DNA from: Dehalococcoidia bacterium
GTDB taxonomy: Bacteria > Chloroflexota > Dehalococcoidia > Lucifugimonadales > UBA3495
Assembly (NCBI GenBank): GCA_965203835.1
Contig: OZ241919.1
Coordinates: 59,471-123,470 of the forward strand
Reading direction: 5' to 3'
DNA length: 64,000 nt
The notes under the pieces are model-generated. The model saw only the letters and a list, made by a program, of their open reading frames with translations, made no database searches and was not told where the DNA came from. Positions 9,642 to 17,964 of the stretch are shown piece after piece. The translations under genes were made by a program, and so were the position numbers. How positions within the stretch are numbered: the first letter of the stretch is position 1; each line of letters opens with the position of its first letter.

Positions 9642-10934
9642 TTAGTCCGCTGCCAAGGCCAAAAGGGCGTCGTCCGAGCTCCGGCTCAGATTTATCTTTT
9701 TGCCGTCTTTGATGACGGCGGAGAGGTGGCTGCCCTTCTTCAAGACACTGACGTCGGCCAAGGGGTCTTTGTCCAGTATAAGGATGTCAGCCAGCTTGCC
9801 GGCCTCGATCGTTCCCAGTTCTCCCTCCAGGCCCACGGCGAAGGCGTTCTCCCTTGTGTTGGCGACTATCGCCTCCATGGGGGTGTAGCCGCCGTATTTG
9901 ACCATGATTTCCATTTCGTTGGCGTGCAATTCGCCGTAGGGCATTACCGTGGAGTTGCCGCTGTCGGTACCGCAGAGCACCTTGACGCCCAAGGCGCGGG
10001 CGTGCTCCAGCATACTGTAGCTGCCTTCCAGGTTGTGCCTTACTTGATCGACCTCTCTGTCGCTTCTGCCGAAGTCCCGTCCAACCTCGACAGCATGCCT
10101 CAGGAAGGTCATCGTCGGCATGATGCGCACACCTTTCTCTACGACGAACTCAAGGTCTTCCTTGGTGGCCAGGTCGGCGTGCATGATCCAGTCCACTCCG
10201 GCCTCGGCGGCGGCGCGAGTCGATTCCGAACCCCTGGAATGTATTGCGACCCGGGCGTTCCGGCGGTGGGCCTCTCCAACGACCGCCTCAAGCTCCTCCT
10301 TGGAGATGGTCTGGAAGTCTCCCCACGTGCTGTCGGCCATCTTTATGAAGTCGACCCCGTGCTTGCATTGCCGCCGCACCTCCGTGATCATCTCGGACAC
10401 CGAGTTGGCCAACACACCGTTGACGTGCTCCGGCGTGCCCATCCATGACGGCTCGTTATCGGAAATACTGCCGTAGGTTACGATGAACCGCCCGGCGCAG
10501 TAAATGCGCGGCCCCTCGATCATACCGGCGTTTATAGCCTCACGCAGAGCTACGTCGATGAACCAAGTCCCGCCGGGGATGGACAAGCTGGTCACGCCGG
10601 ACCGCAACACGATCTGGGCGTTCTTTGCCGCCCTTATAGTGGAAAACTCGGGGCTGGTGGCGCCGCGGGCGATGTTCAACCCGGGCATGTTCGGCTGGCC
10701 GAAGGACAGGTGGCAATGCCCTTCGATGAGGCCCGGCATTATCCACTTGTCAGTAGCGTCGATGGTCTCCACGTGTTCCCGGTCCTCCACGTTAATCTGC
10801 GGGGGGACCGCCCCGACGCTGAGGATGCGGTTGCCCTGCACCACCACAGCATCGTTCTGGACTGCCGGCTGGCCTGTTGCGTCAATAAGGGTGCCGTTCC
10901 GAATTATCGTGGTCTTCACGCCGTTGTTGCTCAT
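9642..10934 (-). CDS. amidohydrolase family protein (metal-dependent, imidazolonepropionase/prolidase-like)
   Basis: MSNNGVKTTIIRNGTLIDATG...WIMPGLIEGHCHLSFG...VAIHSRG...CGTDSG. Start moved to ATG 10934 (GGAGGAG upstream), which avoids overlap with the upstream LLM gene. Confidence 0.8.
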   Translation of the reverse strand: MSNNGVKTTIIRNGTLIDATGQPAVQNDAVVVQGNRILSVGAVPPQINVEDREHVETIDATDKWIMPGLIEGHCHLSFGQPNMPGLNIARGATSPEFSTIRAAKNAQIVLRSGVTSLSIPGGTWFIDVALREAINAGMIEGPRIYCAGRFIVTYGSISDNEPSWMGTPEHVNGVLANSVSEMITEVRRQCKHGVDFIKMADSTWGDFQTISKEELEAVVGEAHRRNARVAIHSRGSESTRAAAEAGVDWIMHADLATKEDLEFVVEKGVRIMPTMTFLRHAVEVGRDFGRSDREVDQVRHNLEGSYSMLEHARALGVKVLCGTDSGNSTVMPYGELHANEMEIMVKYGGYTPMEAIVANTRENAFAVGLEGELGTIEAGKLADILILDKDPLADVSVLKKGSHLSAVIKDGKKINLSRSSDDALLALAAD

Positions 10935-10978
10935 GGACTCCTCCTCTGGTATGCGTTTCTCTTCCAAGAATGGGATGT

Positions 10979-11980
10979 CTATTGCAAGTGCGGCAGCAGT
11001 TCCTCGGAAATAAGCTGCAAGTACTCCAGCTTGGCGGGGAATTCCTTGGGCAAATTCAAGCTGGCCAGCCCGATGTAGTCCAGTCCTTCCTCTTCCTTGC
11101 AACGGTTGATGATTTCAGCGCAGTCCTGCGGACTGCCGGCCACCGCCCAATCAGACAACTCCCTCTGCCCTCCAAGCCCCAAATCGACGGTGGTGTTTTC
11201 CTGCATATTGAAAGAGCTGTACATCCCGGCTTTCTTGGCAGCCATTTCCCTGGCTTCGGTGATGGCCGTCTCCCGGTCCTTGGCTATGGCAATGGAACGG
11301 TGAGCGCCGATTCGCCCCGCCGGGTCCTTGCCCAACTCTCCCAAGGCCTCCTTATACTGGCGAGTCAGGACGCTGATGTCCTTCCAACCCGGCTGCGGCC
11401 CGAGTATGACCCGGTCGGCCAGGGCGGCTGCCCTGCGTACTGCGCCCCGACTCTGCGCCGCAATCCATATTGGAGGATGCGGCTTCTGGACGGGTGTCAA
11501 GGCCAGTTTGGCGTCGTGCACCTGCCAGTGCCTGCCGTCGAAGTTGACCTCGTCGCCGCTCCACAGCAGCTTCATCAACTCGATGGACTCTTCGAACCGG
11601 CTCACCCGGTCCCGCCGGTTAGTCCCAAAGGCCTCAAGCTCTGCTACGCGGTAGCCCAAGCCCACTCCAAGTATGAACCGGCCGTTGCTTATTTGGTCCA
11701 GGGTCACAGTCTGTTCGGCGATGTCCACCGGGTTGTGGTAGGGTAGCAGCAGGATACCGGTCAGCAACTTCAACCCCTCGGCCTCGGGGGCCAGACGAGC
11801 AAGCGTCTGCATCGGCTGCATCCAGACGGTGGGGTGAGATATGTAGTGCTGGGGCATGTAAATGGTCGAAAACCCCAGTGACTTGGCCCTCCGGCAGACC
11901 TCCGCGGCCTCTTCCACCTGCTCGTACATTGGCCGGTACGGGTCTTCCATGTAATCGCGGATATACAGTCCTACTTCCAT
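10979..11980 (-). CDS. LLM-class (luciferase-like) flavin-dependent oxidoreductase
   Basis: 333 aa. GFSTIYMPQHY...LLLPYHNPVDIAEQTVTLDQISNGRFILGVGLGYR is typical of the LLM family. Confidence 0.85.
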   Translation of the reverse strand: MEVGLYIRDYMEDPYRPMYEQVEEAAEVCRRAKSLGFSTIYMPQHYISHPTVWMQPMQTLARLAPEAEGLKLLTGILLLPYHNPVDIAEQTVTLDQISNGRFILGVGLGYRVAELEAFGTNRRDRVSRFEESIELMKLLWSGDEVNFDGRHWQVHDAKLALTPVQKPHPPIWIAAQSRGAVRRAAALADRVILGPQPGWKDISVLTRQYKEALGELGKDPAGRIGAHRSIAIAKDRETAITEAREMAAKKAGMYSSFNMQENTTVDLGLGGQRELSDWAVAGSPQDCAEIINRCKEEEGLDYIGLASLNLPKEFPAKLEYLQLISEELLPHLQ

Positions 11981-12035
11981 GGGTCTCCAATAAATCTCTT
12001 AATCATGACCTGTCGCGGATGTTCCCCAAAGCCAT

Positions 12036-12974
12036 TCAGGCTTGGCCCACCAAGGCGAAGGAGGCTTTCAACGCCGCCGTCGCTTCATCTACGGCGCGCC
12101 TTCCTTGGTCCAGCACCCCGGGCATGGCGAAGAAGCCGTGAATCATTCCGTCGTACCGGGTCGCTTGTGTAGGCACACCTGCGTTCCGCAGCAACTCGGC
12201 GTAGGCTTCTCCTTCGTCCCGGAGCGGGTCGAACTCGGCGGTGATTACCAAGGCTGGCGGCTGGCCTGAAAGGTCAGCGGCTTGAGCTGGCGCGGCGTAT
12301 GGATTGGCTGCGTCGGCGTCGTCAGCCAGGTATTGGTCCCAGAACCATCTCATGCCATCCTGGGTCAGTGAATATCCGGTGGCATTGTTGCGGTAAGACG
12401 CGGTATCGAAGTTCCGCTCAGTCACCGGATATACAAGTAGCTGGAACGAGATGGCGGGGCCGTTGCGGTCGCGGGCCATAAGACACATGGCCGCAGCCAG
12501 GTTACCGCCCGCGCTGTCGCCACCAACGGCTACCCTGGCCGGATCACCGTTAATGTCGGCAGCGTTGTCCACCGCCCATTGAGTGGCGGCATAGCAGTCT
12601 TCGGCAGGCCCGGGGAATTTCGTCTCTGGCGCCAATCGGTAGTCCACGGAGACTACCACACAGTCCGCTCCGACGCACAAATGCCGCGACGGGCCGTCGG
12701 CAGACTCCAAGTCACCGATGACCCAGCCGCCGCCGTGGTACCAAACCATAATCGGGAAGGGGCCGGTCCCCTCAGGAGTATATATCCTTACCAGCACGCC
12801 TCCATCCGGTCCCGGTATGGAACGGTCCTCCACCTTGGCGACTTCGGGACCCGGGGCACGTGGGCGAAGTTTCGCGTTAGCACGGGCTTCCTGCGGCGAG
12901 ACTTCATGGTTCGCGGGGAGGCCAAGGGCGGCGAGTTGGTCAAGTACCGCTTGGGCTTGTGGGTCCAGTGGCAT
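12036..12974 (-). CDS. alpha/beta hydrolase, hormone-sensitive-lipase-type esterase
   Basis: 312 aa with the HGGGW oxyanion motif, the GDSAGG nucleophile elbow and a C-terminal DPLRDE...HGF. Confidence 0.85.
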   Translation of the reverse strand: MPLDPQAQAVLDQLAALGLPANHEVSPQEARANAKLRPRAPGPEVAKVEDRSIPGPDGGVLVRIYTPEGTGPFPIMVWYHGGGWVIGDLESADGPSRHLCVGADCVVVSVDYRLAPETKFPGPAEDCYAATQWAVDNAADINGDPARVAVGGDSAGGNLAAAMCLMARDRNGPAISFQLLVYPVTERNFDTASYRNNATGYSLTQDGMRWFWDQYLADDADAANPYAAPAQAADLSGQPPALVITAEFDPLRDEGEAYAELLRNAGVPTQATRYDGMIHGFFAMPGVLDQGRRAVDEATAALKASFALVGQA

Positions 12975-13004
12975 GTCTTACCTCCCGTTATAGACCTTCC
13001 AGAT

Positions 13005-13943
13005 TTAGCCGGACACCAAAGGCAGGCCGCTGTCGGCGCGCACTTCATTGATAATTTCCAGGACGCGCTGCCGGAAAGGCGCGTATTGAAGCTCGAATTC
13101 ATCCAGCAACCGGCTGTTGTCCACCAAGTAGTTCCCGGACTCTTCGATGCCTCCCTCATTTGCGAAGGATATACGAGCATCAGGCAGGAACTCCCTTACC
13201 ATATCGGCCAGGTCACCGAGGCTGATGGCGTGGCCGCCGGAGTTGTAAATCGGGTAGTGACTGGAGTTTGCCAGCGACACCCGGACAAAGGCCTGAGCAA
13301 TGTCCTCGACGTGTATGGGGAGACGCATCATAGACTTGTATGGGAAGCTGATTTCCTCCCCGCGTGCCGGCAAAGTGATGCACTGGACATGGTCGGTGGA
13401 GCCCCTGACCTTGTCCGGACCGGTCACGTTGGCTGGCCGTATGCCGGTGATCGACATTCCATAGTTCTGGATGTACATCTGGGCTTGGAATTCGTTGAAC
13501 CGTTTGTGCATGGCGTACTGGCTGGTGCCGTGCATCGGGTCGTCTTCGTTGGTCAACCTGTCCCCGAAGTACTTCTGCTGCCCGCTGACCGCGATGGAGC
13601 TGGCGTAGACCACCCGGTTGACGCCGCACAAACGCGCCGCCTCGAAGCAGTTGTCCATACCCAGCAGGTTCAGCTTCATGGTGAAGTGGGGCCGGTCCTC
13701 GCCGCCGCCCAGCAGGTACGCCAGGTTGATGATGCGGTCGGGCTCGGTCTCGATGACAGTGCGGATGACGCTGGAGAAATCGGTAATATCGCCGAAGACC
13801 ACCTTGACCTGGTCGCCGAAAGCCGCGAAGGAAGCCGCGCCGGGGTTGATGTCCATGCACACGACCTCTTCACCCCGTTCCACCAACCTGCGGATAACCC
13901 TGGGCCCAATAAATCCGGTGCCGCCGATAACCAGAATAGGCAT
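13005..13943 (-). CDS. NAD-dependent epimerase/dehydratase (SDR family)
   Basis: MPILVIGGTGFIGPRVIRRL Rossmann motif, YAMHK (YxxxK). Start set at ATG 13943 (AGGAGA upstream) rather than the track's 13976. Confidence 0.8.
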   Translation of the reverse strand: MPILVIGGTGFIGPRVIRRLVERGEEVVCMDINPGAASFAAFGDQVKVVFGDITDFSSVIRTVIETEPDRIINLAYLLGGGEDRPHFTMKLNLLGMDNCFEAARLCGVNRVVYASSIAVSGQQKYFGDRLTNEDDPMHGTSQYAMHKRFNEFQAQMYIQNYGMSITGIRPANVTGPDKVRGSTDHVQCITLPARGEEISFPYKSMMRLPIHVEDIAQAFVRVSLANSSHYPIYNSGGHAISLGDLADMVREFLPDARISFANEGGIEESGNYLVDNSRLLDEFELQYAPFRQRVLEIINEVRADSGLPLVSG

Positions 13944-14054
13944 CACTGTCTCCTGTACAGAGCTTGGGAATGCCACTGGAAGTATAGGCAGGTGTCCCTA
14001 CAGCGTCAACCGAGGTAAAAGTTCACCGCAGGAGGAGTGGGTCTAAGGCGCGGC

Positions 14055-14252
14055 CTACCCCAGATACGCGTCAGGGCTGGCCAGGAACTTCGTGCGGCAT
14101 TCCAGGCTACAAAAGTAATACCAGACGCCGTTATGGAAGCTGCGGGTGCCCATCTGCGGGTCCACTTCAGCCGCCCCGTGCAGCGTCTGGCCGGTCTCGG
14201 CCCTGGCTCCGGCCTCGTTTATCTCCTTGCCACAAACCGGGTCACTGGGCAT
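14055..14252 (-). CDS. YHS-domain small metal-binding protein
   Basis: DPVCGKEI...WYYFCSLECRTKFLASPDAY is the YHS/TRASH-like pattern. The second ATG (14252) has GAGGTG 4 nt upstream. Confidence 0.6.
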   Translation of the reverse strand: MPSDPVCGKEINEAGARAETGQTLHGAAEVDPQMGTRSFHNGVWYYFCSLECRTKFLASPDAYLG

Positions 14253-14299
14253 AACGCACCTCATCCTATCGGGCCTGTACGGATTCGTTCAGTTCGGAA

Positions 14300-15475
14300 T
14301 CAAGGCACCGGTTCCAGCGGCATCCCCAGCCTGACGCGGCCCGGTTGGTCTATAAGCCGACTGGCGATCCTGGCGCGGTGCTCGAAACTGGTGCCCAGCC
14401 GCAAGGTCCACGCGGTCACTCGCCTGAACCACAGGTGAAGATCGAACTCCATCATGAACCCGATGCCGCCGTGGATCATCTGCGACGAGCGTACCACCGC
14501 CTCGCACTTGTCATTACAGAACGCCTTGGCTTGGGACACCTCTACGGTCGCGTCCATGCCTTCGTCCATTTTCCAAAGGGCCTCGTAGGTCAGAAGTTGC
14601 GCCCCGTCGATCCACAAAGTCATATCGGCGCACAAGTGCTGGATGGACTGGAACGCGCCTATCGGCCTGCCGAAGGCAGTACGGTTCTTGGAGTATTCGA
14701 TGGCCATCTCGGCGTCTTTCCGGGCGGCCCCGGCCATTTGGCAACACAAGAGAACCGTCGCCCGGTCCACCATAGCTTCCACGATTGGCCAGCCTTGGTC
14801 CAGTTCGCCCACCAGGTTGGCCTTGGGTACCCGCACGTCACTGAAGGTAACTTGGCTTTGTTTGTCCTTCGCCAGGGTGGTCAACGGCACTTCGGAGATT
14901 CCCGGGCTGTTCGTATCAACCAGCAGCAGGGATATGCCTTGATTGTCGTCGGACGCAGCCGTGGTCCTGCAGGCCATCAAGCATTTGTCCGCGGCGCCGA
15001 AGTTGTCTACGAACATCTTGACGCCGTTGATGACAAATTCGTCACCCTGCTGTACCGCCTCGGTCTGCACAGTTTCCGGCAAGAGCCGCGGGTTTCGCTC
15101 GATGACGCTCCATGTCAAAATCGTGTCGCCCCGGCTGACTCCCGGCAAAATCTGTTGCCGTTGCTCCTCGCTGCCGTGTTCGGCGATGGTAAGAGCAGGG
15201 ACCATTGTGCTGTGGAAAGGCACCGGCGCGATGGCGCGGCCCAGTTCCTCCGTTATGATGCCCAGATAGGTCAGGGGCAGACCCTGGCCGCCCAAGGACT
15301 CGGGCAGCGCCAGTCCCAGCCAACCGAGCTGGGCCATTTGCCGCCAGAGTTCAGGGGGATAACCCAAGTCATCCTTTTCCATGGCACGGGCCAAGCTGGG
15401 AGGGCATTCCCCTTCCAGGAACTCCCTGGCCGCGTTCTTGACCATTTCTTCTTCTTCGTTTAACAGCACATCCAT
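14300..15475 (-). CDS. acyl-CoA dehydrogenase
   Basis: 391 aa, ACAD fold throughout: MVKNAAREFL..., INGVKMFVDN, QIHGGIGF. Confidence 0.85.
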   Translation of the reverse strand: MDVLLNEEEEMVKNAAREFLEGECPPSLARAMEKDDLGYPPELWRQMAQLGWLGLALPESLGGQGLPLTYLGIITEELGRAIAPVPFHSTMVPALTIAEHGSEEQRQQILPGVSRGDTILTWSVIERNPRLLPETVQTEAVQQGDEFVINGVKMFVDNFGAADKCLMACRTTAASDDNQGISLLLVDTNSPGISEVPLTTLAKDKQSQVTFSDVRVPKANLVGELDQGWPIVEAMVDRATVLLCCQMAGAARKDAEMAIEYSKNRTAFGRPIGAFQSIQHLCADMTLWIDGAQLLTYEALWKMDEGMDATVEVSQAKAFCNDKCEAVVRSSQMIHGGIGFMMEFDLHLWFRRVTAWTLRLGTSFEHRARIASRLIDQPGRVRLGMPLEPVP

Positions 15476-15548
15476 GACGTTACCCAGTGACTGAAGAGAT
15501 TACCCGGCCCTTCATCATAAGTATGTCAAAGGGCGTCCCGAAAATAGA

Positions 15549-16748
15549 CTACCCGCGGGGAAGGCCCAGACCACGGCGGGCCATCTGGTCTCGCATGACT
15601 TGAACACTGCCGTGATTGATGCCCGACTGGAAGGAACCCATCAGGTTATGGGCAAAGACACCGTCCTCGATAGCGCCTTCGGAACCGTTCAACAACTGGG
15701 CATAGGGGCCCAGTATCTGGGACACCGTTTCGGTGGTCCTGACCCCATGCTCAGGCGCCCACACCTTCTCAGCAGCGCCTTCGTAGGTGAAGTGGCCACC
15801 TCTTTCCACCAGCGACATGCTGCGCATGGTCATCAAGCGGCAGACCTGCGCCTCGATCCAAAGCTCGGCCAAGCGGTCGCGCACCGCCGGATCATCAGCG
15901 GGAGAATGACCTCCCAAGTCGTTGTCCTTCACCCAGTTGATAATATCCTCGTCTCGTTGCACCGATATCAGATACCTGCTGGCGCCCACCCGGTCCAGGT
16001 TCAACCCCATCGCGCCGACGTACCAGCCCATGTTCTCTTCACCCAACATGCTGGTCGCAGGCACCCGTACGTCTTCGAAGAAAGTCTCGTTGGTACGGCG
16101 CTGGCCGTAGGTGGTGCCCGTGGGGGCGGTAGGTTCGTTCTGAATGGTCCAGAGTGGCCGCACGGTGATTCCCGGCGTGTCCATTGGCACCAGGAAAATG
16201 GAAATACCCCGGTGTTTCGGAGCGTCTGGATCAGTGCGGGCCATCAAGTAAATGTGCGAGGCGTAATGGGCTGATGAGGTGTACATCTTCTGACCATTGA
16301 TGACGTAGTCATCGCCGTCCCTTACAGCCCTGCATTGGAGGCTGGCCAGGTCGGCGCCCCCATGAGGTTCGGTAAATCCAAGAGCCAGCGTGATGTCGCC
16401 GTTGATAAGGCCGGGCAGGAAATACTTTTTTTGTTCCTCGGTCCCGGCGGCGAGGATTGCAGGCGCGCCGCTTCCGGCTCCACCAACGCCGATACCAACC
16501 CGCCCGAACTCCTCTTCAACGATGTACTGGTCGATGCGGCTACCATCCTGGCCTCCGTACTCCTTGGGCCAACTGATGCCGATCCACCCCTTTTCGGCGA
16601 CCTTCTTGGTCAACTCGCTGACCAATGGGCCGCGGCCTTCTCCCACCATCACGATTTCCTCGCGGATATCGTCGGTTACGTTCTCGGCGATGAATTGCCT
16701 TACTTCTTGCCGCAGGGCTTGTTGTTCAGGTGTGTAACCAAAATCCAT
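15549..16748 (-). CDS. acyl-CoA dehydrogenase
   Basis: MDFGYTPEQQALRQEVRQFI..., GFTEPHGGADLASL, YVINGQKMYTS. ATG 16748 preferred over the track's TTG 16763. Confidence 0.85.
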   Translation of the reverse strand: MDFGYTPEQQALRQEVRQFIAENVTDDIREEIVMVGEGRGPLVSELTKKVAEKGWIGISWPKEYGGQDGSRIDQYIVEEEFGRVGIGVGGAGSGAPAILAAGTEEQKKYFLPGLINGDITLALGFTEPHGGADLASLQCRAVRDGDDYVINGQKMYTSSAHYASHIYLMARTDPDAPKHRGISIFLVPMDTPGITVRPLWTIQNEPTAPTGTTYGQRRTNETFFEDVRVPATSMLGEENMGWYVGAMGLNLDRVGASRYLISVQRDEDIINWVKDNDLGGHSPADDPAVRDRLAELWIEAQVCRLMTMRSMSLVERGGHFTYEGAAEKVWAPEHGVRTTETVSQILGPYAQLLNGSEGAIEDGVFAHNLMGSFQSGINHGSVQVMRDQMARRGLGLPRG

Positions 16749-16878
16749 GACGCTGCTCCGCAACGGGTGGCTAAAAACGGACTAAGCTTGGGGTCATTGT
16801 GCTTTCAACGGGTAATAGTGTCAAGCTGAATGAACGAGCAGGAGTATAACTTTCGTCACTGCCCAGCCGCTTGGACGC

Positions 16879-17895
16879 TCAAGGGTATGGAATAACGAAT
16901 GTAGTCACTTCTTCTGCGACGGCTTGTGCTGATTGCGCATCGCTCAGGACTGCGGTGATGACGACCGGCATGACCGTGCCCCCGGTGGCGGCGCGCAATA
17001 TTCCGGCGCGGCGCTTGGCCCGGTTCACGTCATCTTCGTCGGCGGTAAGCGACACTTCCACGACCGAGTGGCGATTGCTATCGTCTGAGATGATGAGGTC
17101 AGACTCGTACAGGTCTGAGGACTGCTCCCGAGAGATGGCGCCATTGCCAATAGCTTGGGCAATAGCGCTGTTCAGTTGGGGCGCGATGGTCCCGTCCTGG
17201 GTCAGCGCCAGATAGGGATTCTCTATGCCGAGTATATCCCTGGCGCGGACCAAGGCTCTAGTCCTGACTCTTCGCTCGTAGTCGCTGCCCTCAAAATTGC
17301 TGAATCGCCCCTCTAGCCGACCCATCCTGGTCTCCATCCGTTGCATCTGGGTTGCCAATTGTCCTACCACGGTTTCCAGGCTCTCCGTCCGGGTTAACAA
17401 TTGTCCTACCACGGTTTCCAGGCTCTCCGTCCGGGTTAACAATTGTCCTACCACGGTTTCCAGGTTTCCCGTCCTGGTTGCCAGTTGTCCTACCACGGTT
17501 TCCAGGTTTCCCGTCCTGGTTGCCAGTTGTCCTACCACGGTTTCCAGGTTTCCCGTCCGGGTTGCCAGTTGTCCTACCACGGTTTCCAGGCTCTCCGTCC
17601 GGGTTGCCAGTTGTCCTACCACGGTTTCCAGGCTCTCCGTCCGGGTTGCCAGTTGTCCTACCACGGTTTCCAGGTTTCCCGTTCTGGTTGCCAATTGCCC
17701 TACCACGGTTTCCAGTCGCCCCAACCGTTCATTGGTTATCCGATTACTTTCCTGTGTCAGTTGGACGAACTCTGCGAACCGGGCAGGCAGGTTCAACAGT
17801 TCTTCGCTCAGCAATAAGCTCCGAATCGTGTCGGCCCATTCGGGCTGTTCTTTCAGGATGCGGGCCAAATCCGCTATGTCGTTGATGGATGTCAC
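16879..17895 (-). CDS. coiled-coil repeat protein with PD-(D/E)XK-like C-terminal domain (uncharacterised family)
   Basis: 338 aa, GTG start. N-terminus MTSINDIADLARILKEQPEWADTIRSLLLSEELLNLP, then nine copies of the 14-aa unit LETVVGQLATRT(GN/ES), then a C-terminus ...ESDLIISDD...VVEVSLTADEDDVNRAKRRAGIL. A paralogue lies at 62622. Confidence 0.7.
   Translation of the reverse strand: MTSINDIADLARILKEQPEWADTIRSLLLSEELLNLPARFAEFVQLTQESNRITNERLGRLETVVGQLATRTGNLETVVGQLATRTESLETVVGQLATRTESLETVVGQLATRTGNLETVVGQLATRTGNLETVVGQLATRTGNLETVVGQLLTRTESLETVVGQLLTRTESLETVVGQLATQMQRMETRMGRLEGRFSNFEGSDYERRVRTRALVRARDILGIENPYLALTQDGTIAPQLNSAIAQAIGNGAISREQSSDLYESDLIISDDSNRHSVVEVSLTADEDDVNRAKRRAGILRAATGGTVMPVVITAVLSDAQSAQAVAEEVTTFVIPYP
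17351..17728 (-). repeat. nine tandem in-frame 42-bp repeats (378 bp)
   Basis: Direct reading: GTTGCCA(A/G)TTGTCCTACCACGGTTTCCAGG(CTCTCC/TTTCCC)GTCC(G/T)G is repeated head-to-tail. All three plus-strand frames give periodic shadow ORFs in the track. Confidence 0.9.
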
Positions 17896-17964
17896 GGTTA
17901 CTATTGTACTCTCTTAAAAATTGCTTCTGCTCTATGTCAGTCCCTTCGGTAACGGTAGCCGGGG

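Noticed and set aside
10935-11102. Longer N-terminus (56 extra aa) for the amidohydrolase, as given by the ORF track. Similar upstream extensions appear on infA (to 34199), rpsN (to 40022), rplR (to 38766), sodC (from 56514), ahcY (from 23931), cbtB (from 58109) and the selenoprotein (from 26561).
   Set aside because: The extensions overlap upstream genes or regulatory hairpins, lack homology to the families, and have internal starts with good Shine-Dalgarno sequences that match conserved N-termini.
17351-17728. Possible CRISPR array, because of regular short repeats.
   Set aside because: The units are contiguous with no unique spacers, are exactly in frame inside a coding gene, and no cas genes are nearby.
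17297-17917. Three plus-strand ORFs (206, 177 and 124 aa) with striking periodic sequences such as CPTTVSRLSVRV and VLPRFPGSPSGL.
   Set aside because: They are the other reading frames of the 42-bp tandem array. The minus-strand frame is the only one with non-repetitive conserved N- and C-terminal domains and a paralogue at 62622.
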